DNA of 63,883 nt, counting the filler, from Asterionella formosa (Eukaryota), in assembly GCA_002256025.1 (NCBI GenBank). It is 3 parts of 3 records of this genome, joined end to end, with 100 filler letters (N's around TTAATTAATTAA, not from the genome) between each part and the next. Parts side by side here need not be neighbours in the genome. Positions count along the whole stretch, not along the records: positions 1 to 21,254 come from NKIB01003066.1; 2 more parts are not named here. One strand, 5' to 3'. Below are positions 1 through 11,844 of the stretch, one piece after another. The notes beneath the pieces are model-generated. The model ran no database searches, was not told the DNA's origin, and worked only from the letters and a program-made list of their open reading frames with translations. Positions within the stretch are counted from its first letter, which is position 1; every line of letters starts with the position of its first letter. Both the position numbers and the translations under genes were made by a program.

Positions 1-922
1 TCAAGAAGCTTTCTGGATTCTCTATCACCATGTCATGCAAATTTGTCACTGCGGGTCCACCATTTGTTGCAAGCTGATAAAGCAGGTCGGGTAGTTGAAA
101 ATTCATACAAATAACATGATTCTTTGATAGATTTAAGAGATGGTTGAACTCGCTCCATAAGCCTTGTATCATTGAGGCTTTGTGAGCGATGCAAGGAGTT
201 CATGAAGCTAAAACTCACAATGTGCAAGATTATTCAAACTAGCTAGCAGCAGTATGAATAAATATACTACTTAAGACTACAATGTAAACATTGAAACTCT
301 GATTATGAAAATTTGACGCTAATGAATTGCTACTAGTAGTTATTGAAATGAACAAGGGAATTAGTTTGGTAAGAAGCACCAGCCAGCCAACCGAAGAATC
401 ATGCCATTGTTGAATGTTGTCAACAATTTTAAACAGAACAAGTAGTACTGATGCTACTTATAGCTAGATATTCATTTCATCTACATTCTATCATTTGGTT
501 GAGGTTGAAATGAAGTGATATTGAGTCGTAATTTACATATTGTGTGTATACTACCATACATGGTTACAATATTTTTTGTCATCTCCTCCGCCCTGCAACG
601 TATTATCAGTACTTTCTGTATTAGGTATGGATGGGTGTGGTCCGCCCGAGGTAGAAGTCATTCTCGTGTGTACATTTTGTACCCACCATTTTTTAGGTGT
701 CAGTTTGACCTAAAATTCAGGGTGTGAAGAAGAAGTACCCGAATGGCAAGACGACAGCTTGTACCAGGTACCGGTATGTACCTGAATTTGCGGCTGCTGT
801 CCTCACGTCACGCCCTCTACGTACACAGCCACACTGAAAGCCATAATTCATTTTCACGGCAGTTGCGACGGCGGAGGGTCCACCTTTGTGCAACTGACGG
901 TAACTCAAAGAACAAAGTCACC

Positions 923-1931
923 ATGTCGAACTCCTCTTTCTCCCCCACGTTGCATTCATACAATCACAACTTCACAGAGGAAGATTTGAATGATATTTTG
1001 TGCGTTTCGTTGATGGAAGACCCTCGGACCATCATGACAGAAGAAACTCCGGGTTCCTCCAACAGCGCCCAAGAGGACGAGGACGATCTCGACGGCATTT
1101 CTGCTGATGCCAAGGCCCAGGCCCGGTCGGAACGCAAGCGTAGCCGCGAGAAGCAGCGTCGGAGCGACGTCAACAAGCAATTTGCGGATTTGACCCAGCT
1201 CTTGAGACGCATTGAATCCGAAGAAGAAGGCCGCACTCTAGTGCCCATCCCGTCTGCGGCAGCGACGAATCGAGTGGATTTGATCGCAAGGACCATCACT
1301 ATTATGGAACGGACTCACGAGCTTAGTAAGAAACGAAAGGCGGAGAACGCCAATTTGCAGAAGCAGTTGGATGACGCTTTAAAGATGGCGGAAGACACGG
1401 CTGCGCGACTCAAGGAGGCCACTTTGTATCAGCAGCCAGGACCACAGAAACAGGTACGTAGTTTTCAAATTCAATGTCGACAAGTTTTCCAATTAGATTA
1501 GATTCCGAGGACTCATGCCTCATGGATCTGCGCTCCTTTTCCTTTGTCAGGTCATGATGATGGTGCCTATGATGGTCAACCCGGATGCAATGGGCGGAGT
1601 CCAACCTGGAGCAACAGCGACGGCCTATCCTCACGCCATGATGCCTCAAATCATGTCTCATCCGTACATGGTGCCACAGATGACCTCTCATCAACCGTCG
1701 GCTGCTTCCGCTCACCATATGATGATGCCTCAGATGATGTACATACCTCAACAGCAGTCTCAGGCACCACCTCATTTTACTTCTACGGTACTGCCAGGTC
1801 CCCAGCAACAGCAGCACGGCCAACATCAGCAAATTCAGCAGCAACAGGTCCAGCAACAGCAATCAGACGAACAGCCAAAGCCGGGACAGCAACAAAATGA
1901 GCAGGGAGGAAACTTGGCGCATTGTGCATAA
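923..1931 (+). CDS. bHLH transcription factor with Met/Gln/Pro-rich C-terminus; 2 exons (923-1453, 1551-1931)
   Basis: Basic-helix1 ERKRSREKQRRSDVNKQF, helix2 NRVDLIARTI, then a coiled coil. A GTACGT..TTTGTCAG intron at 1454-1550 joins ORFs 743..1501 and 1515..1931 in frame. Confidence 0.85.
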
Positions 1932-3101
1932 CGAGGGAATGTATGAACATGCTACAGTTCTACAAAAGAATGTTTTAATATTTATCTAACTAGAAGGAAA
2001 TTTACAATTATTTGTGGAATGACCGATGCAATTGTCATTGATGGGAAAAGTTAATAGAGGCTTGTTTGGTATCCTTGGAGAGTGTGCAAACAAAAACATA
2101 AAACTAAATGAAATGCATCTCCTACATTTTCTTAGCTGGTTAGTATGCATTAAATATACAAGGAAAACTACCAGAGCGACTGGAAGCAAGTGTTAAGGGA
2201 AAGAAATGGGCAAGAATTTCTTAGATGAAATAGGGGGAAATGAAGATTTGAACTAGGGCTTGGTGGTAATATCAGTTGGAAATTTCGTTTGGGGGACAGG
2301 GGTTTTCGTTTCTGGCGCTGTGTGGCTGCAATAGATTCAAAACATTCCCCTGTCCTACTTTTACTAATTATAAAGTGCACAGTCAATATCCAAATAGCTC
2401 CTTTGTGTTCAACATAGTTAATTTATCATACATCCACATAAATTTGTTACAATTTACGATTTATGAACAGTAAATTACTATATTTACCACACATAAAATT
2501 TAAAATGTGTGTTACTATCTAAATTATGTTTCAACTAGATTGTAATAATAGGCAAGCTACTCTCAACTACTTCAGCTTCAACCTTCACATCATCAAAGTC
2601 AAAAGTAGCCAATCTGTATCCTCTAATATTCATGTGCCGCTTTTGCCGAATCAGAGGAATTGTGTAGTAACTCCAAAACCGTAGCATTCCAGCCAACATG
2701 ATTGAGAACGGCCCTATCTCTGTTTCCTGAGATATACCTTGAGAGGTATCCCACAACACACATTGTTCCTGGAGCTTTCGCGCTCTCCATCTTGAATTGA
2801 ATAGCTAGCCCATTCGTTTTCACCAGCGATCTCATTGTCGATGTAGGCAGACACAAACAGGACCTTACTACCAACAGTAACAGCACTTCCACAGCATGGA
2901 TAGTAGACCTTGCAAGTCCTCCAATTGTTGCACACCCCTAGCCTAAGAATCTCTCCGTCTGGCTCCCTCCCAACAACCACACCGTCAGCAACAATGGTGT
3001 TTGTCTGATTGTTGCATCGAGTTATCATCATTTTTATAAACTGCTGTTATTTGTCATTTGTAAATGCATTTATACTCATATACTATTGAATATTTATATG
3101 T

Positions 3102-3216
3102 TAAATTGGTTTCGAATAATTTATTTAAATATTAATTATTTAATTGGTTTCGAATAATTTATTTAATTGCTAATTATTTATTTGGTTTCGAATAATTTAT
3201 TTAAATGCTAATTATT
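3102..3216. repeat. AT-rich minisatellite, 3 copies of a ~38 bp unit (TTGGTTTCGAATAATTTATTTAA...)
   Basis: Core TTGGTTTCGAATAATTTATTTAA starts at 3106, 3144 and 3182. Confidence 0.9.
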
Positions 3217-4602
3217 CAATTACTGAAACAGAGTAAATGTTCATGTCTATGAAAATAAAAACAAAAGCATTTTTGAGTAAGCCGAGGACCCTCATGTAGA
3301 AAGGTGGAATATTCTTGGCTGCGTAATCCTTCATATGCGAACAGTAAAGATGGCGATTTGACATTATTTTCAACGAGGGGCACTACCGGAAATATAATAC
3401 CAGTACGGTATATCATAAAGGGCATCATACCGGTACCAGGTACCGGTATACCTATCGTATTTTATAGATACCGGTAGACTACAGTTTCCTATCAACGACT
3501 TCAAAGAAAAAATTTTCTAGAAAACTCCAATTCATTCTGCTTTCCACCATTCAATGTTTAGCTCTCCAATCTCAATTCGTCAATGAATTCACACTCCCAA
3601 GTAATTGTAGCAGAGGACCCTTTGGTTTACTACTTTCCCATCCTTCAATAACTTTTTGCTTTAATCGCTTCAATTGGTAAGTTGTGATCTTGGGCCTTTT
3701 GATTGTTTTGCTTCCTTCTTACCTTTTGCTCCATGTGTGGTTTGAATTTTGACTTGTACTCCTCAGAGTCGTCCAAGTCAAGTGCAACACTAAAACTCTG
3801 CTCCTCCTTGTACCCCTCAAACTGGTAGGGCATTTTCATGTCTTTTTGATGGAAAGGATAACCAAAATTTCTTGTGTTTTCGTAAATTGCAGTACCACTT
3901 GGAGACAATGTATGCATGTGTGGCAAGTGTGCACCGAACAGTGCAACAATGGTCCCAGGTCCAGATATTCGTGCTAGTATCTTTTGCAATTTCGAGTGAG
4001 TGAGCAATGGCTGTATTAGCAATTTTGATGGATGTTCCACCTGTGATGATGGGTAACGTCGTCTTCTTGGTTAAGTGGGTTGAAATTCTGAATCAATGGG
4101 AGGTATCCAGAGCTGGAGTTATTTGCTGCCTGAAGATTTCTTTTCTTTTGTGATTGAATTCATGGTTTCAACCATCATGACCCCAACTTTCACTTTTTAG
4201 CAGCAGCCTCTTCAATGGAAAATATTAATCTTCCCATTCAGATAATATAAAAATGTAGGAAACTTAAGAACCGCTGATGTGTCTTTCCTGTAATATAAAC
4301 AAGTCATTGCCTACTTTTTCCTTTGTTTGATAGTACTCATGTCGAAATACCATCACCTTCTTCTTGCCTGTTGAAATCTCACCCTCATTTCTTGCTTCCA
4401 AAGATAATTTTGGAAAAACCTTATTGAGATACCTTATCAATTTATTAGTATTAAAGTTTATAGTATTGCCAAGAGAATAATTTAATGAAGATATTCCCTG
4501 AATTGATTGACTGGTACTTACCAAGGACGATGAATGGCAGGCAGGGTTGCTTGCTGATGGCAGCCATAACTGATATTGCTACAACTTTTTGAATATAATG
4601 TG

Positions 4603-4674
4603 AAAAGTGATTCCCCAAAGTGTTCCATTCATGAGTAGACGAACAAATCTAAAAACCTTTGGGGAATCACTTTT
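4603..4674. repeat. Perfect 18-bp inverted repeat with 36-nt spacer
   Basis: AAAAGTGATTCCCCAAAG (4603-4620) and CTTTGGGGAATCACTTTT (4657-4674). Confidence 0.9.
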
Positions 4675-5412
4675 GCGCAAGTAACAGTGGCGATATTGAG
4701 CAACATGGTTAGGTGATCGAAGCTAACAGATTTGGCGTGATATTCCTTAAACCTATAGAGGTAAGGATAATATTTTGTACAAGTTCTACGTGGGCTACTA
4801 TAATTTTATTATATTGATGTAACCAGCCGTATACCCGGTACTGTCGTTGGATGACAATGGTACGAGAGTACGTANNNNNNNNNNNNNNNNNNNNNNNNNN
4901 NNNNNNNNNNNNNNNNNNNNNNNNNNNNNNNNNNNNNNNNNNNNNNNNNNNNNNNNNNNNNNNNNNNNNNNNNNNNNNNNNNNNNNNNNNNNNNNNNNNN
5001 NNNNNNNNNNNNNNNNNNNNNNNNNNNNNNNNNNNNNNNNNNNNNNNNNNNNNNNNNNNNNNNNNNNNNNNNNNNNNNNNNNNNNNNNNNNNNNNNNNNN
5101 NNNNNNNNNNNNNNNNNNNNNNNNNNNNNNNNNNNNNNNNNNNNNNNNNNNNNNNNNNNNNNNNNNNNNNNNNNNNNNNNNNNNNNNNNNNNNNNNNNNN
5201 NNNNNNNNNNNNNNNNNNNNNNNNNNNNNNNNNNNNNNNNNNNNNNNNNNNNNNNNNNNNNNNNNNNNNNNNNNNNNNNNNNNNNNNNNNNNNNNNNNNN
5301 NNNNNNNNNNNNNNNNNNNNNNNNNNNNNNNNNNNNNNNNNNNNNNNNNNNNNNNNNNNNNNNNNNNNNNNNNNNNNNNNNNNNNNNNNNNNNNNNNNNN
5401 NNNNNNNNNNNN

Positions 5413-5995
5413 GATGGCTCTTCTTGGCGAACCAATCTGCGAATACCTTCAAGTTCCAATTTGTACATCTCAAGAAGGACCACCCCGACAAACGATTAGC
5501 GTAGAAGATTTGACCCCCAAGTTGGTCGAGCTACTAAACAAAAGTGGCATGATGAATGGAGTTGTGAATGTCATTAGCCGGCACACCACGACAGCCCTAT
5601 GTATCAATGAACGAGAAAGTCGCTTGGCTCAAGACATGGAAGAATATTTTCTGACCTTGGCTCCTCCAGACGAACGCGCGACTACAGAACGTGCCAAGGT
5701 TGGCATACGATACCATCACAATGATATAGATCAACGACCAGACAGCAGCGAGGAAGCACAGCGTTGCCGAGAAAATGGATGGGACATTGACGATGAAATA
5801 GAATTGCAAAAGTGGCGAGACCAAGAACCCATCAATGCTCATTCACATCTCCTGTCGATGCTGGTTGGGAGCAGTGAGAGCATTCCAGTTGTAAATGGGA
5901 AAATGGTAATTGGTCAGTGGCAAAGTATTTTGCTGGTTGATCTTGACGGTCCACGAGACCGTACTGTAGGAGTCCAGTTCCTTGGCTACCGATAA
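5413..5995 (+). CDS. yjbQ: YjbQ/UPF0047 family protein, 5' part probably lost in the assembly gap
   Basis: Family motifs SRHTTTALCINE, NAHSHL and GQWQSILLVDLDGPRDRTV; N run immediately upstream. Confidence 0.85.
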
Positions 5996-6136
5996 ACTGC
6001 TGGAACATCGTAAAGGATAGTAATACGAGGAATGACAATCTTGGCTTTTTCTCGCACCTTAGATACACTCGCTGCGACGATTCAAACACACTCTTTTTAT
6101 AACCAAGTTTTAGCTAGTTTCTCTTCCTTCGCCCTC

Positions 6137-7122
6137 TTAAACACTAAGATTCAGTGAAAGTCCCAAGTTTCCAGGTCCAACTCCCTGAGTGAATCCATTT
6201 GCTCCAAGCATTGGTGCATACTCATCAGGGACACAGCTCAATTGAACATTAGCACGTCCCTGCTGGTAACTTCCCTGCAAATTAAAGTTAGTATCAGGAA
6301 TACGGTAAGCTACTCCAACATTCCACGGAGAGCTCTGTCCATACAATTGCATTTGCAGTTGTTGAATCATTTGTTGCTGAGACTGGAGGAACTGCATGGC
6401 AGTTTGCTGTGTTTGAGCACTTTTTAACTGAACATCGACAGCCTTTTTGCCTGCCTCAGCCATGCTGCTCATCACTGCTTGAAGGTACCCACGTTCTGAG
6501 GAAAAGTCCCAATCCGAACCTTCTCTAGTTGCCTCCTCAGCCTCTCGAGCAAACTGTCCATCGGCTTGCAACATGGCTTCATATTCGGACGCACCACTTG
6601 TTTTGGACGACGTTTTGAATCGTAACAGTGCCTGCTCACGCAACAAAGTTAACTGACGTAGGTACAAGACTTGCAACGGAGCATCCATGGCAGCTTCTAG
6701 TTCCTCTAACTTCTTATCGTAGGCAGACGCAGCCACAGTGTCGTCACCAGCGTCAGGAGCTGCCTGGGCAAATTCCTCCAAGGCTTGGTTGCAAATGGCA
6801 TCCGCCTTGAGCCCAAATCCATCCACAATACTACCTTCTTCGAGAATGGAACGTCTCAATTCTTCGATCTGTTGAGTGGTGATTACATAATGGTGAATGG
6901 CAGGTGTGAGTGTATAACAAGCAAAACGCACTGACGAAATAAAAATGAACAACTCACAGCAGTGGCGGCCTTTTCCAAGATGGATGATTTGACTCCTTCC
7001 AGTTGAGAGACGTATTCTGATGATCCGCCTCGAGGAATCCAGGGAATTCTGGCTTCGGTGCCGAATGCCACCGTGAGCAAGATAACGGCAAGCTTGAGAC
7101 AGGTTGTCATGGTAGATTTCAT
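6137..7122 (-). CDS. Signal-peptide protein with RGG motif, helical core and Gly-rich beta-like C-terminus; 2 exons (7122-6958, 6868-6137); function unknown
   Basis: Leader LKLAVILLTVAFGTEA then RIPWIPRGG. A phase-0 GTGAG..CAG intron at 6957-6869 joins AATA to IEELRRS. The start could be 7110 instead. Confidence 0.75.
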
Positions 7123-8403
7123 ATTTATATATAATAAAAACTACTCCGAGTACATGATGCTTTTTTGTCTTTCTGTTGGTGCTGTACAGCATCTAGTACC
7201 ATGTCGTACCTCGTAGTCTATGAACCCATGTCAAATAAAGGTACCCTGGTACCAGGTACTGGTACTGGTCGGTATGAGGTGCCAGGTAGTTTCCCAACCC
7301 CCCCCCCCATCATAATGATTTGACGCGATGATCGGCTGAGAATGATCAGTTTTGCTTCCAGGTGGCAAGTATTTCTTGTCAAGGCTGATAACAAAGCAAG
7401 CAGAAGGAGGAGGTTGCTTATTTTAGACTACCCGTATGATATCCTAGTAAAAGTGCATGCAGTAGACTCTACATGTGCTTTGGAACAATTACCGTACTCC
7501 TACCCAAACGTAAGTACTCAGTACCCTGGTACAACGTGACGCAAGACAGGCGTCGAAGTTCTTCAAACTACCACCAGGCAGGGTATCCCCTAAAAATTGA
7601 GAGTCATCCTTATTACCTTAGTTTATTTCGATTCAAATTATTTTGGTCCGATTGCCTGGTATGTTGAAGCAAGCATGAAGCGTATTCTTGTAGCTTGTCC
7701 TCTCAGGTAGAAATATTTAGGTCTGATTATAACTATGTTTCTTAGGGTGAAGTCAATATTTCTTGAGATATGAAAGTTTCTAATGTCATCATTTTGCCTC
7801 GAAAAGGTGACTCTCAGTATATTGGTTTTTAATGCATACATGAGGAAATTTTAATCTTCCACTTTTTCACCTCATTACACTATTCAAAACCTTTTGAAGC
7901 CTCAATGTTATTAGTCTGTTACTTATTAATACCCTATACATAACACACAGTCTACTATATTTGGTTAGCCATGTGCTGACAGCAGCGTATCGGTAACTCA
8001 AATTCCATCCATAGCGGCCGACATAGCCAGCATGGCTGTGCAAATGAAGTAAGGACTATGTTTGTCTAGTTAGTTCAGTAAAATTATTACTCCTACATAT
8101 AAAATGTGTACCGGTAGTCGCCCTAAGTATTTTAGTACCTATTCTTCTAGTACCGGTAGGCATGCCTTTATACATTTTGCATATTTTCACCCACCACCAT
8201 CCTTGTCTGCGCAGCTCTCCTGATCATTGCTTTGTTCTAATTTCGACGAGTCGGTACATTTCAATTCTATCCACATCGATACAACGTGTATGGTCGCGTT
8301 TGAGTAATTGGTGAATGGTGATTGAGACCTCGCTCTTAACGTTGCCTTGCTACTTTCTATCGACCAGACACTACAACGACCACGTCGGAATTGGAATACA
8401 AGA

Positions 8404-10749
8404 ATGACCAAGAATAGAAAAGGTTTGAAGAAAAAGTCGAATGGAAAACAGTCAGCAAGCCACCAGCAGCAGCCATCCAATCGCTGGGTAGATGATATTG
8501 ACTTCGTCGTTGATGCCTCGGACGAAGCGTTCTCCGAAAGTAGCACAGCTGTGGATGTACGAATAGTTTCCTGGAATGTCCTGGCTGAAGCGTATCTCAA
8601 TCGAAAGTCTCATCGGAGCCTTCCATATAGCTATCAAGACGTTGTATTTACTCCCAAGAAGCGCAGAGCACTTCTGCGAAGGACGATAAGTAAATTGGTG
8701 AACCTTAAAGTAGACATCCTTTGCCTCCAGGAAGTTGACCTCGACGACGTACGACGCGAATTGGAAGATACGTATGTTGGACTCTCGACACCCACGACGA
8801 ATGGCGGGGGAGCCGGCGGACGAGCCGATGCCTGTTGTATATACTATCAAAAGGAGGGTTGGAAACTAGTAGATCACCAAATCATTCGTCTCGATGACCT
8901 CGCGACGTTGGGGTCCACCGCAACGTCCATTGAGTCCAATTTACAGGGCCTGCAACAGTCCTTCCTAAGGCGAAATGCGGCATTGCTGGTCAAGTTGGAA
9001 CATCGCAACACTTCGCAACGAATAGTCGTTGCCAACGCTCATCTCTTTTGGAATCCAGAGTATGAATACATCAAGTTATGCCAATCTCACTACATTACCA
9101 CCAAGGCAAAACAATTTGCAAATGGAACTCCAGTAATCATGTGCGGGGACTTGAATTCACAACCAATGAGTTGCGTCCACACCTATCTGACTAAAGGAAA
9201 AGTAAATGCAAAAAAAATTGCCCCATGGAATCTATGTAGACAACAAGACGAATATGGAGAGAGCGAAGAAGAAATAAAGACAACGGACGAGACCGATGGG
9301 GTCGAGCAAGCCGCCAAGCAATTGGAACGCATGGAGGTGGACGATGACAAGGCAAAACCAACCATTCGATACCTATGCGACTACACCTTGAATCGATTTA
9401 CTAGATGGTTACGAATACTTGGAATCGATTGTGCTCTTGAAACAACGGATGAAGAAATACAACGAACGAAGGAGGGCAAAAACCAACTCTTTCACAGGTG
9501 TAGAGATGAGAAACGAACTCTCATTACAACATCGACGAAAATCGTCATTCGCAAAGACTGTCCCGCGGGAACATATTTAGTCACTCCTAGATCACTCAAT
9601 GATCTCGAACATTGTTTGGTCCACCTTTTAGTGACACATGGAGTTACCTTGATTCCAAAAGACTTTTTATCACGTTGTGTCGTTTGCAATGGTAGTATCT
9701 GTGATGTACTGGATGACCATGCCAAACGGCAAATTCTTGCTACTAACCAAGCACCTGAGCATCTTATCGACGAACTGGAGGTTTACGAATGCGATGGTTG
9801 TGGCCAAGGATATTGGTGGTGTGATCGACCGACATCATCCGCCTCTCGTGTCAAGGGTCAAGCGACACGATTGTTCGAACTATGTCTTCGAGGTGGTGTT
9901 CCAGTGGAGGGTGATATGCACATTTTCGATTTTGTTGATATTGAAAAAGAAAGACAAACCAAACTTAACGTTGAGATGGAGCGCTTAGATTGTGTTGACT
10001 GGCTAAAGGACGAAGAATTAACGAATCCACTTACGCTGGAGAGTGCATATGCGCTGCGAGATGACGAAGGTGAAATTGTTGGAGAAACCTGTGTCTTCAC
10101 GAATGTTACTCACGACTTTGTTGGCGTATTGGACTACGTTCTGTTTGAAAATAATTACTTCACTCGAACAGGACACTTGTACATTCCAACATCGTTCAAC
10201 GAATTGAACAAGAAAAACAATATTCGAAATGGGCATGTTTTGCCAAGTGACATTTGGCCAAGCGACCATTTGGCTGTGGGTGCCCAGTTAACTTTTTTTG
10301 TTAAACCGCATGAACCCGAGGAAAATGATAATAGGTTTAGTGAAGGCACTGTTGATGAACCGCAACAATCAAATAATGATTTTGCAGCCCGTGCAACGAA
10401 AGTCGATGACACAATCAAGGACACACCACCTGAGGTGATTGGAGTTGAATCGCATGAAGTAAATGAGGACCATGCTAACTTTTGCGGGGTTATTAGTGGT
10501 TCTCCACCTCATTCGACTATTAGTATTAGAGGAAATGCAACAAAGGAAAACGAGGATCTACCTTCTGTTAATGGAGCTACGCTTGGTAACTTATTATCAC
10601 CTCCGACGATCAATACTCCAAAAGTTCATACGCCTCGGTGTGCTTGTGGCTGTGTCCCGAATATCCTATCCCTCTTTGAAATGGCTGAGCTTCGGAAGCA
10701 AGCAAAGCTTAAAAAGGCCAAAGCACCGAAAGAAGTAGTGAACAACTAA
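8404..10749 (+). CDS. CCR4/Angel-like EEP nuclease/phosphatase with an inserted Mut7-C (PIN-like + Zn ribbon) domain
   Basis: EEP motifs SWNVLA, LCLQEVD, NAHLFWNP, CGDLNS, FTN..LDY, PSDHL. Mut7-C motifs RYLCDYTLNRFTRWLRILGID, SRCVVCNG, CDGCGQGYW. Confidence 0.85.
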   Translation: MTKNRKGLKKKSNGKQSASHQQQPSNRWVDDIDFVVDASDEAFSESSTAVDVRIVSWNVLAEAYLNRKSHRSLPYSYQDVVFTPKKRRALLRRTISKLVNLKVDILCLQEVDLDDVRRELEDTYVGLSTPTTNGGGAGGRADACCIYYQKEGWKLVDHQIIRLDDLATLGSTATSIESNLQGLQQSFLRRNAALLVKLEHRNTSQRIVVANAHLFWNPEYEYIKLCQSHYITTKAKQFANGTPVIMCGDLNSQPMSCVHTYLTKGKVNAKKIAPWNLCRQQDEYGESEEEIKTTDETDGVEQAAKQLERMEVDDDKAKPTIRYLCDYTLNRFTRWLRILGIDCALETTDEEIQRTKEGKNQLFHRCRDEKRTLITTSTKIVIRKDCPAGTYLVTPRSLNDLEHCLVHLLVTHGVTLIPKDFLSRCVVCNGSICDVLDDHAKRQILATNQAPEHLIDELEVYECDGCGQGYWWCDRPTSSASRVKGQATRLFELCLRGGVPVEGDMHIFDFVDIEKERQTKLNVEMERLDCVDWLKDEELTNPLTLESAYALRDDEGEIVGETCVFTNVTHDFVGVLDYVLFENNYFTRTGHLYIPTSFNELNKKNNIRNGHVLPSDIWPSDHLAVGAQLTFFVKPHEPEENDNRFSEGTVDEPQQSNNDFAARATKVDDTIKDTPPEVIGVESHEVNEDHANFCGVISGSPPHSTISIRGNATKENEDLPSVNGATLGNLLSPPTINTPKVHTPRCACGCVPNILSLFEMAELRKQAKLKKAKAPKEVVNN

Positions 10750-11844
10750 TACCTTGTGCGCGTTTGTGCTGATGAATTTGATTTGGAATTATCGTTTTCT
10801 GGAATGTTTCTATTTGTACTATAATACTTTTTGTGTTGTGATTTTGAGTGGCCGTAATTTCGCATCAACCATTCACCCAGCGCGGATCGGAACATCGCTC
10901 GATAACATCACTTCAACATACAGTACAATTAATTTTGCAACAACCTTCCCGCACACATGATGGCTTTCCCTAAGCTGATGAACTATTTTGTCGATACATC
11001 TAACCGTATTTCATCGATTTGCTTGGTCGGATACCTTCCAGTGCAGCTTACCAATCTCACGAATTTTGTCGTTTTTGCTGGGAATGCCTAACACCTATTT
11101 GAATCTTTTTGATATCCGAATAGTTGAACATATCACCAGCGAATTAATTAAATTCTGTCACGCTTACACCTACCTTCTAATAATGGATCACTCACATCAC
11201 TGTGTTGGCTGGATCGCGGTGACAATGATATTCATGGTGCATCCTCTCCTCATATCACAAGATACATAACAATTCTGAGCGATTGGATGTCCGTACCGAC
11301 ATTCTCACTGAGAATGTTCCTTATAAGTTAGGCTCACCTTTGCTCTCATGAGTGAACATTTTTTCCTTTTTGAGTACTTTGCGAACAATTTACAAAATGG
11401 AATCCAACATCACATGAGCAAGCTCGGCTTATTGGTGCTCTGTGAAGGCAAATCAGCGCTGCAAAATTTATGCAACGGTGCGATATCTGGAGTCATGAAT
11501 GTAATATGGTTGGCATGGTTAACGGGTTGTTGCGAGCTATGAGCTATAAATTTACGATCAGCAATAAATTGCTGTTGATTTTGGTCATTCGCTTTCCCCC
11601 GTTTCTCGCCGTTGAACCCACATTATCAAAGGAAAATCCTTTGATGTGAATATCCTCCATAACCGGTGTGCGACTTTGCAATAAGGTTGAATGAATTATG
11701 GTCTAGAAGTGTGCACCACTTTCAATTTTTACCATCGTTCTATATTGATTCCTGGGGTAATCCATAGTAAAAATGTTATAAAACAAAATATATTAAAAAC
11801 CATGGATATCACTCAAAGCATTGCGAGATACGAATTGCAAAAGG

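Noticed and set aside
743..922. N-terminal extension of the bHLH ORF from ATG 743
   Set aside because: It runs through the promoter-like GGTACC cluster; ATG 923 is a better start.
3102..3216. Possible CRISPR array
   Set aside because: The intervening sequences are near-identical, so there are no unique spacers; eukaryotic context and no cas genes.
4709..5504. Long ORFs spanning N runs (also 15547-15969)
   Set aside because: Artefacts of translating assembly gaps.
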